Of a stretch of DNA of 32,546 bases, positions 23,892 to 32,546 are shown in pieces. Below the pieces are notes generated by a model. The model ran no database searches, was not told the DNA's origin, and saw only the letters and a program-made list of their open reading frames with translations. Every line of letters begins with the position of its first letter. Position 1 is the first letter of the stretch. A program made the position numbers and the translations under genes. Location of the stretch: positions 1 through 32,546 of the forward strand of contig JAQGDQ010001612.1 of assembly GCA_030141605.1 (NCBI GenBank). Direction: 5' to 3'. Source of the DNA: Tubiluchus corallicola (Eukaryota > Animalia > Priapulida).

Positions 23892-25331
23892 TTAACCCTT
23901 TTCCTTCAGTTTTCCGTTCTCCATTAGTTTTAGTTCGTGCTTCTCCTGCGGATCTTGGTAAACTGTGGATGGCATGCAGCATGTCACCTTTGTAATCGGA
24001 GTGAATATCAATACCGGGTTCATGGTTTTATTATTTCCCGTAATGCAGCTGACGATAGTGCCCACGGTGCAACAAACTATCAGAGCTATGAGTCCATACC
24101 ACAAGTGTGAAATCGAATACATTGTCGTAATGATGCTGTACTCTGGCTGTGAGTGAGAAGTCGTGGTTTCGTTTATCAGCAATGTTGCTGCCACTGCAGT
24201 AACATTTGGAAGAAAGTGGGACTCCTCCACCTGACAGCCCTCGGTGGACAAAGGAAGCAACTCTCGTGGGAAGGAAGTCATTTGTGCACCAACCATTAAC
24301 CACAAATTTAACAAAAGTGACGTCACTAAACCAGTAATGGCTCCGCTTGAGTTCACCTTTGGAAAGAGGATACCCAGCGTAAAAATCCCTAGGAGGGGTC
24401 CACCGACAGCACCAAACACACTGGCACCAAGACGCATGACTGTTTTATCAACAAACTTGCATGACAAAGCGAGAACGATGCTCAGCACACCGTACAAAAA
24501 TGACAACCATTTTGATAATCTTGTAGCTGCTATTTCGTCGATGTTCTTGCCTTCCTTTTTTCGTCGATGCGGCTTAATAAAATCCTCCACTGTAACCGCC
24601 GACAATGAGTTAACTCCGGATGATATCGTACTGAGAGAGCCACTGTAGCAAGCGGCAACAAACAGACCAGGCGCTCCGTGCATAAAACCCAGCATCTGCA
24701 TGGCAAACAGGGGGACCAACTGATCCGACTTTGCCACATATCCGGCCGTGAGAGGATCGCAGGTCGAATAATGTGCATACATCAGCATGCTAAGCAATGT
24801 CAGCGCGAATATGAGCAGCAGTTTGTAGGGGAAGTTGAGCAAGATGGCAATTTGGGCATGTGTCGGATGCTTTACGCTGTTGTACCGCTGTATCATCGAC
24901 TGATTTGTGCCATAAAGTGCCAAATTCTTGATAGAGCTTCCAATGATTGTTGCCCAGAAACTGTACCGAACAGTCAGACTGGGATCGAAGTTGAAGAACG
25001 TTGTCCTCCCTCCCAATTCTGCAATGCTCCACATTTTGCCCCAGCCCCCGATTGTAATCAGCGCCCGTATGTCGATGGCCAAAATGCCGGCAAACAGAAT
25101 AAGCATCTGCACCGTGTCGGTCCACAGCACCGCTTTCATGCCCCCGATCGTTGTGTAAAACGTGCAGACAATCCCGGTTGAAATGACTGTCAGCCATAGG
25201 GAGAGTCCCGTAACTTGAGAAAGAGCCAGTGCTGGCGTGTACGTAGCGATTGCCATGTACAGAAGAGTCATCAGCATGAATGTCAATGTCCCAAGAAGTC
25301 GAGCAGTCCTGTTGAATCTCATCTCAAGATA
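23892..25331 (-). CDS. SLC5 symporter copy B, exon 2 (598 aa total, intact)
   Basis: gtttcag|YLEMRFNR...; SSF motifs GGMKAVLWTDTVQ, NQSMIQRY, SDQLVP, GSLSTISSGVNSL, GGPLLGIFTLG; open to TAA. Confidence 0.95.
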   Translation of the reverse strand, partial: YLEMRFNRTARLLGTLTFMLMTLLYMAIATYTPALALSQVTGLSLWLTVISTGIVCTFYTTIGGMKAVLWTDTVQMLILFAGILAIDIRALITIGGWGKMWSIAELGGRTTFFNFDPSLTVRYSFWATIIGSSIKNLALYGTNQSMIQRYNSVKHPTHAQIAILLNFPYKLLLIFALTLLSMLMYAHYSTCDPLTAGYVAKSDQLVPLFAMQMLGFMHGAPGLFVAACYSGSLSTISSGVNSLSAVTVEDFIKPHRRKKEGKNIDEIAATRLSKWLSFLYGVLSIVLALSCKFVDKTVMRLGASVFGAVGGPLLGIFTLGILFPKVNSSGAITGLVTSLLLNLWLMVGAQMTSFPRELLPLSTEGCQVEESHFLPNVTAVAATLLINETTTSHSQPEYSIITTMYSISHLWYGLIALIVCCTVGTIVSCITGNNKTMNPVLIFTPITKVTCCMPSTVYQDPQEKHELKLMENGKLKEKG

Positions 25332-26214
25332 CTGAAACAGAACAAGAATGCTTGCTCTAAATGATTGAATTTGAATCAGAAACTTTGTAAACAATTCTAG
25401 CAGAATTCTATTTAAAGGGTTTGCTCTCTAAAGGTCACAGGACCCATTCCCATAATGAGCATTTAATTTCCTGCTGAGTAGTAACTGCACAATTAATCAC
25501 AATGGGAACATCTTCAGCTGACTAGTGTCTACAAAGTACAGTGATTTATGCCTTGCACCGTAGCTAAGAATGACCTCTCAAAAAGCTAAAGTTTTGGGTC
25601 AGCAATAGGTAGAATATTGACGCAAGATTGTAAGCAAACTGACGCCGGGAAGTTACAGGCTACCTATGTACATGATTTTTATAGAATGTGTATAAGGTGT
25701 ATGACATATACACAAGATAAATAGTATCCTAAAGCAGGTATTTATATACACTGCATAGAAGTCTCTTGCTATCTACCACTAGTTTAGTGGAAAGCGCTCT
25801 CTGGACGTGTTGTCATTGGCTCCCAAATGCATACCGTTTGCTTGGGTTATTTATTTTGTCATTCTTTCGTATTCTCGGATGCACAGACTGGCTGTTTATA
25901 CTGTGTGTTTTCCCCCAAGTTTCTTACTTATGGAGATCTTGTCCGGTTTGTGTGCTTATTAGTTGCATAGATTCTGTTTTTTTTTGGATCTGCATTCAAA
26001 TTTCTGTTTTCTCTTCTAGCCCCTTACCCTGAGTATTCGTTGGCTTGTTATGAGCGTATGAATAAAAAATTAAAGGAAAATAATCAGACTTTTGAAAACA
26101 TTTAACAGCAAAGGTTAATACAATTTTGAAACAATAGTAATCATAAAACAACAACCTCGGTAATGTCATCAACATTAACACATAAATAAAGTAAAAACAC
26201 GAAAACAAAACTAC

Positions 26215-26571
26215 CTCATATGCGCTGGTGATGCCTAGTCGATGATAAACTGGTAGATAGATGTATGCAGCCGCTGTGAAGGAAAAGAATCCAGAAAAAA
26301 TGAAAAGGCTGTATTCCACTCCGTACAAATACAGCTCTGCTGGAAAACCGACCACCGCTATTGCGGAGATAAAACTGGCCATCAAAGACAAACTGACCGG
26401 TATCGTACTCATTCGCTTGTTGCCCACAAAAAATTCCTCTGTAGTTTTTTGCTTTCCTCCCGTGCAGGCATAGTAAACGCCTATGCCAGCACACAGGGCA
26501 AGAGAGAGGGCAAACACCAGCGAATCTATCCACGAAAATGTCACGTCTTCGGAAATCATATTACTTGTCAT
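26215..26571 (-). CDS. SLC5 sodium:solute symporter (SMVT/SMCT/NIS subfamily), copy B, exon 1
   Basis: MTSNMISEDVTFSWIDSLVFALSLALCAGIGVYY...EEFFVGNKRMSTIPVSLSLMASFISAIAVVGFPAELYLYG...LGITSAYE|gtag; 119 codons, phase 0. Confidence 0.92.
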
Positions 26572-26745
26572 TTTGGCTTCTCTGTTTGTGAGAAATTTTT
26601 GTCAACTTTTGCTTTCAATTACCTTCTGCATGCATTTATATGCAATGTTTCAACATTTCTTTGCTGTAATACTGCAAGTCACCAACGTACTGATACAGAA
26701 CAACTTTACTGCTGAGTTCGAGACATACAGACCGTTTTGTTCTCT

Positions 26746-26847
26746 CTAGTAAGCGCCAATGCCAGCACACAGGGCAAGAGAGAGTGCAAACATTAGAAAA
26801 TCTATCCACGAAATTGTCACGTGTTCTGAAGTCATATCACTTGTCAT
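26746..26847 (-). pseudogene. Duplicated SLC5 5' fragment forming a 33-aa ORF upstream of copy B
   Basis: MTSDMTSEHVTISWIDFLMFALSLALCAGIGAY*; part of a diverged ~276-bp tandem duplication (26471-26746 / 26747-~27000). Confidence 0.8.
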
Positions 26848-27978
26848 TTTGGCTTCTCTTTTGGAGAGAAATTTTTCTCAACTTTTGCTTTCAGTTGTCT
26901 CCTGCAGCGTTTCAACATTTCTTTCCTGTAATACTACCAGTCACCAATGTACTGACACAGAACAACTTTACTGCACATTTCGAGACATACTGACCGTTCC
27001 ATTGTCTCTGTGTTGACAGTACATTTTCACTTAGATAAGAGAAGCTTATCTTCACCAGCTACTTGTTTGCAACCTACAATTATGCCTATAAGAATTTGCG
27101 ACACCTAAACTTTGTACACATTAGTGTATCTATTTGTAGTAGCTAACAGGTAGGAGTATTTACAAACAGTGTGGACTTATGTACTTTTGTCCACGCGTTG
27201 ACTGATTCATGAGCATAGGGGTCAGCGTGTTATCTAACTGACCTCCATGTCGATGACCAACACGTATTAGGTTGTGGAAGACCACCTTTGCTTTTCACTC
27301 AGCTTGTTTACTTTGGTAAAGATCAGGGATCATGCAGAGGTAAAAAGAAATGGTGGAATTTTGCTGAATAAGAATAAAAATTAGTAAACAATTACTTTGA
27401 GATATGGCTTTACCCATATAAGCATTTTCTCTGTTCCATCGATTGATGATGATCGTAAAAATGCCAAAGGTTAAGTGTTCCAGACAACGCATTTGTGCAC
27501 ACTTGACAATGCTGTGAAAGTTGTAACTGTACATTTAGGTGCTGCCATCTATTGATTAGTCACTTTAACATTTACTAGTTCAACTCACCCTTAGTACAAT
27601 TGTTCGGTCCAGTGAATATTCAAACTCACTGTATCTCCCCTATTTTACTGTAATGGGATATGTGAAGCCAAGTTCTTGCATACTTCTCTACCTATATAAA
27701 CTGGCTAGATTTCACTGCTAGTCACTCACTGTCTCTGTGTATTTAGTGCAATAAAAGTGTTTCAGTTTTTGTGCAAACATGTAATCTTGTGTTTAGTTGT
27801 TTTCTACAAGCGTTCAATTTCAACTTCACAAATAACTTTCACAAATGCCTTGCAACCCATGCTGTTGTAATAGTAACAGTTTTAACAGCTAGCTGGAACC
27901 TTACGTAGTTCATTTTTTCACAATTTGCCTTTGTGCACTAAACGTATTGCATCTGTCACCTGCCACCAATAATAATAC

Positions 27979-28225
27979 ATTTTAATGCCTATAGTAATGC
28001 AAAAGCGTTTCTGGTAATTAAATAATAGATTAAAAACTTAACTAACGACATGCGTGCCCAACTAGTTGAGACATCACAACTGAACATAATTTTCAACAGC
28101 ACAAACATTCCACGAGCGTGTTGCACATGTTTGCAAAAGCGAAAATTGAAGTACAGTGCTACTGTATAACATTCAGTGTGATGTACAAAAACTCTGCAAA
28201 TTTTAAGATAAACTCAGGTTTAAAA
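27979..28225. repeat. Diverged inverted repeat, partner of 16450-16670
   Basis: attttaatgcc...tagattaaaaactt...gaacataattttcaacagc...aattgaagtacagtgctact. Confidence 0.8.
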
Positions 28226-28384
28226 TAAGATCACACATGAGCTCTCGAGTGTGTGCGCTACGTCACAACTGAACATCTCTCGAACTGAGAGGTAGAACAC
28301 CTCTGCCACAAAACTGCTCCACTGGTTTTTTTCTTGACAGAAGGAGGTTTTTAAAACGACTAATTATCACTTTATATTCTGCAG

Positions 28385-28609
28385 GTGTTTACATATAAAC
28401 TTGTGAAGACTTACACTTGGGAATCGGCTTCAAATTCGCCATTCCAGATCAAGTGGCTTCCCGTGGCCAGACCGGTTCAGACGCCCCCCGTTACATTCCA
28501 CCGGCTGCCTGCTCCGGGGGAGGGTGAAGATTCCACGACAACCTCCGAATGTAATGCCGAAGAAGTGGTCATTCTGGGCAGCAATGGATGCCGATATCAC
28601 CACGATTGA
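28385..28609 (+). CDS. Cytochrome P450, terminal exon 11
   Basis: attctgcag| phase 0; VFTYKLVKTYTWE...IKWLPVARPVQTPPVTFHRL fits the P450 C-terminal LxxxYxW...PVxRP segment; ends in TGA. The 11 exons sum to 1362 nt, giving 453 aa plus stop with consistent phases. Confidence 0.8.
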   Translation: MFTYKLVKTYTWESASNSPFQIKWLPVARPVQTPPVTFHRLPAPGEGEDSTTTSECNAEEVVILGSNGCRYHHD

Positions 28610-29302
28610 GTTAACAGATTGCCAAGATGATATTTGTATTTGCAAATTTTCTGTGATTTAAATAGTTATGCAAAATTATTTTTCCTATTTTTGGACCAAA
28701 GATTCTAACAGATATGTTTAGGTCACATTGAAACAGAAATTGATGCTTTTATTCTATTTACTTGTAAATCTAATTGTCATTAGTAATTTGTTAAAGCCTT
28801 TTTAGCTATAACTACTACATTAGAAACATAATATTAGACATTATATGTATATTGATCAAATGCATTTAATACTAAGTGATTCGATTCGGATTCGAAAGCT
28901 TTAAATTCTATTCAAGTTAGATTTTTGGTAATGTTTGTTCAGATCTAGTTGTTTGTTGTCATGTTACTTTTTCATTGACAGGTAAAACTCGGTATTCTTC
29001 CAATTTTTACCGGTAAATAGAAATTTATTTAAATCAGTGATCTTGTTAAAGCTTTGGGTGTACTCGCATAATTAATCATGGTAGCACTTTATTTACAAAG
29101 CACCTTAATTACCTCGCAGTCGAACACCTCAAAGTGCTGTAATTGCAGTAAAATGTAGAGTGTGATGTAACTTGAATGTTTCCTTTACTAGATGTTGCAG
29201 AATTTATTGTGTATAAATTTTTACATCTGTGATATTTGAAAATTTTGCTGGTGGACATGGTCTGTTTTCTGCACTGCGGCTTTGCTTGTTGCCAATATTA
29301 CT

Positions 29303-29972
29303 GCACGTTCAGACTAGCAAGTTTTCTTGCCAAGTAACTCACGAGCGTGCTCAGACTAGCGAGTTTTCTTGCCAAGTAACTCACGAGCGTGCTCAGACTA
29401 GCGAGTTTTCTTGCCAAGTAACTAACAAGCATGCTCAGACTAGTGAGTTTTCTTGCCAAGTAACTCGCAAGCGTGCTCAGACTAGCGAATTTTCTTGCCA
29501 AGTAACTCGCAAGCGTGTTCAGATTGGCGAGTTTTCTTGCCAAGTAACTCACAAGCATGCTCAGACTAGCGAGTTTTCTTGCCAAGTAACTCGCAAGCGT
29601 GCTCAGATTAGCGAGTTTTCTTGCCAAGTAACTCACAAGCGCGCTCAGACTAGCGAGTTTTCTTGCCAAGTAACTCACAAGCGTTCTCAGGCTAGCGAGT
29701 TTTCTCGCGAAGTTACTCGCCAAGTAACTCGCAAGCGTGTTCAGACTAGAGCGCAAAATTTGCTGCGAGTTACTCTCCGACGGTAAGCGAGAGCTGACAC
29801 TCATTTCTGTATTCACTGCACGAAGTTTCAAGAGTAACTCACTCACGCGTTCACACTAGACATTTGATCATCTCGCTGCATCTGTTTGCAATTTCTTCAC
29901 TACAGTAACTTTCAGAGTAGTTCACACTTGCAAGTTTGCTATCAGAAAGAAAACTCGCTAGTCTGAACGTGC
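29303..29972. mobile_element. MITE (PIF/Harbinger-like) with an internal tandem array
   Basis: 25-bp TIRs GCACGTTCAGACTAGCAAGTTTTCT / AGAAAACTCGCTAGTCTGAACGTGC; relatives at 31640 and 18409. Confidence 0.8.
29310..29741. repeat. 42-bp tandem array (9 units) plus one 54-bp unit
   Basis: cagactagcgagttttcttgccaagtaactcrcaagcgtgct starts every 42 bp from 29310 to 29688. Confidence 0.95.
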
Positions 29973-30077
29973 CAAAGTATCTTTTCGTAGCTTGTACATT
30001 AAATTTATGCTGTCCTAAGTGATACTACTAAACAAAAGAAGAATAATTAATACAATGAATCTATGTATTGTGATAGC

Positions 30078-30382
30078 GTAGATGCTTTGTTTCCAATCAG
30101 GTACGTTAGAGGGCGCTTTTATAGCACCTTCCTACTAGCCATGGAAAGACCATTTTCAATTCAATAGAGGTATTGTTTCAGAGACATACCCTTCCCATTG
30201 ATACAGGTGCTATTGATTTCATGCTATATTGTAGACGCTTTGTTTCCAATCAGGCACGTTAGATGGCGCTGTTGTAAATTAAGCGCCCTCATACTGACCA
30301 TAGAAAGACCGTTTTCAATTTATTAGAGGTATTGTTTCAAAGACGTACCCCCATACAAGTGCTATTGATTTCATGCTATATT
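30078..30382. repeat. Diverged two-copy tandem duplication, ~153-bp unit
   Basis: gtagaygctttgtttccaatcagg...tattgatttcatgctatatt at 30078 and 30231. Confidence 0.85.
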
Positions 30383-31639
30383 TCGCGATGCCTTCAAAAA
30401 TGTTATAAACGTATTTAATAGTGTATAAAACCTGTTATTCTACTTGACCTGCTTTTGCTTCCATACTTTTTTGGATACTTTTTGTGATATACACTGTATG
30501 ATTACGTACTTATTCTCTACAGTTACACATTCATATTTTAGATGTGCACTATATTTTTTCAAATGCGTTATTTTTTCCTTAATCGATATTTATCATCTCA
30601 TATATTCGATAAGGTATATTATTTACTTATATTTGTTTGCTTACGCCTTCCACCATTTAAATGTTTGTTTTATTTTTTATTTTTTCTTTCGTTTGCTGTT
30701 ATAATAATATGTTTAATTAATAATCATTATGATTACTTCTGACTTTTGAAATAGTAAAAATGACATGGACCACTGTCAGCTTTGCAGTTGCAATGTAAAA
30801 TATTCTACAGTTCATTGTTTACAGATGAATGCAAGATATTGTTCCAGTGAACAAACGTTAAGTTGCCAATTTACACATTGTATAATATAATTATGATGAA
30901 AAATTTTCTCTACTTCCGAAAACTTCTGATTTTACTCTTCTAATCAAATTAATTTAATTGATGCTCTGAATGATTGGGCGAATTTGAAATTTCTGTTTGA
31001 TTTTTAGGGAAATTTTCTTGTAAAATTAGCATTTAAGAAATGACAATTTTTACTGATCCTCATTTCTTATTAATTAGCAACACTTGTATTATTTAGTAAC
31101 AATATAATTATAATGACTGTAACCATAATAAATAAATTTAATTTAGTTATTTATTAATGTAAGTTTACTGTAGTGCGAACTTGAACAAATTTTCTTTCTT
31201 TTTTCTAAAAATGCTATTATTATATATTTTACATTTTATTTTCATTCTCTACTAAAATAGAAGTTGGTTTATTAATAATTACTGATCATAATTATTATTT
31301 TTGTTTATATTGAGTGCCTGATATGAATGCTGCTTACTGTATTGTTGCTGTATTGCTATAATATTTTGCTTTTTGCAATTGTATAAACGTTTGCATTAAT
31401 TGTCTGTGAAAGAATAAAAGAAAATGCAGATACATGAATTCTGGTGTTTTATGATTCGATAAGTTTATTAATTTTTTTTTTCAAATGTTGCACTCAGGAT
31501 GGGATAGACTCGTTTCCCAGAAGCGCTTTATCCTCTAAAAGTTTTCTCCCTGAAAAAGGGAAACTTGCCAGAACTGCCATTTCCTTTGGCCGGCTTGTGC
31601 CACCTTCCTAAGTATAACATACGCAAGCAGCAACTCTAA

Positions 31640-31904
31640 CGGCACTTTCAGACTAGCGAGTTTTCTCGCCAAGTAATCTCGCCTAGTAACTCGCAAGCGT
31701 GTTCAGACTAGAGAGAAAACACTGTGAGTTACTCTCTCACAGTAAGCGCGTGCTGACATTTATTTCTCTGTTCACTGCGAGAAGCGTCGAGAGTAACTCA
31801 CAAACGTGTTCAGACTAGAGAGAAAACTTACTGGGAGTTACTCTCAGACAGTAACTTACAAGGCAGTTCACACTTGCGAGCTTTCTATCGGAGAGAAAAC
31901 TCGC
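31640..31904. mobile_element. Second copy of the same MITE family (no array, right TIR truncated)
   Basis: taa|cggcactttcagactagcgagttttct ... gagaaaactcgc; internal homology to 29688-29960. Confidence 0.75.
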
Positions 31905-31922
31905 GACAGAAAGCCAAAATGT

Positions 31923-32229
31923 CTACCAAGCTGTCTTTTTGCGCGCGGATGGCCTTGCGTTGTTAAGGATCACGTTGTTGATTCGAGTTATGCCATTCTT
32001 TATTGTTGCATCTTTGCTGGAGCGATCATGCTGTATTTTTTCAAACACAAGCGCCAGACAGGATAAAAGTATTCCCATAAGATAAAGGAAGAACGCTCCC
32101 TGAGCTTCTGTCATGCTGACATCAATCGCTTCTGCCTTGGTGTACTGAATGACTGTACAGTTGTTGGGAGGCGGCCAATATTTCTGCTGCCATTTTACCA
32201 TCAGTCCCGTTTCTAAAATGTCACGTATC
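31923..32229 (-). CDS. Terminal exon of an ionotropic receptor / iGluR-family gene (S2 end + M4); the rest lies beyond the window
   Basis: tttcag| IRDILETGLMVKWQQKYWPPPNNC...IDVSMTEAQGAFFLYLMGILLSCLALVFEK matches the IR pattern E[ST]GLxxKW...W...C...QGAFxLxxxG...E; ends in TAG. Confidence 0.82.
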
Positions 32230-32546
32230 CTGAAAGTTACGAAGCCACACACGAATAAAATAAGAACAAATAAAGAAAATAGTGACAGTCTAAAACTAGA
32301 AAAAAAACACAAAACTGTGTTGCTAAAAATTTCGCAGTTATTATTATTTTAAAATTATATCTATAGCCACTGTGTCAACCATTAGCACTGGGAAAAAACG
32401 ATAAAGAAAGACTGTGTAAAATTTCCTTTCAAGGTCAAACACAGCGGTTTTTTGTGAAGTTTCAGTTTTAAACAAAAACAGAAAGAAAATTCTTCAACTA
32501 AGATTTTCTGATACTTTTAACCTTTTCTTAATGGTTCATATAAAGA

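Noticed and set aside
16915-25197. Overlapping antisense or alternate-frame ORFs within the SLC5 exons
   Set aside because: Shadow frames of a real, relatively GC-rich CDS; they recur in both copies simply because the gene is duplicated.
29310-29741. 42-bp array as a CRISPR array or as a repeat protein (185/182-aa ORFs on both strands)
   Set aside because: Units are head-to-tail with no unique spacers, the context is eukaryotic, and no cas genes are present. The ORFs are by-products of a stop-free unit whose length is divisible by three, inside a MITE.

Overview
AT-rich, intron-containing animal genomic DNA, probably from an invertebrate; nothing here looks prokaryotic. Main contents: (1) An 11-coding-exon cytochrome P450 gene (CYP26/CYP120-like, about 453 aa reconstructed by hand) split across strands. 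Exons 1-2 lie on the minus strand inside a 4,350-bp spacer (2028-6377). The spacer is flanked by near-identical inverted repeats of at least 2 kb (1-2027, running off the window, and 6378-8406). Each arm carries a copy of exon 3. Exons 3-11 continue intact on the plus strand to 28609, so one 5' module sits between two oppositely oriented gene bodies. This could be an invertible flip-flop arrangement, a recent inverted duplication, or an assembly artefact. (2) Two tandem, single-intron SLC5 sodium:solute symporter genes (SMVT/SMCT/NIS subfamily) nested antisense in the 13.2-kb last intron of the P450. One is intact (598 aa); the other has exon 1 interrupted by a LINE-like 3' fragment. A duplicated 5' fragment also forms a 33-aa ORF upstream of the intact copy. 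(3) The last exon of a convergent ionotropic receptor gene at the right edge. (4) Many small mobile elements (solo LTR; Kolobok-, piggyBac-, hAT- and Harbinger-like MITEs; LINE relics) plus mini- and microsatellites. All exon models and family calls were made by eye, without database searches.
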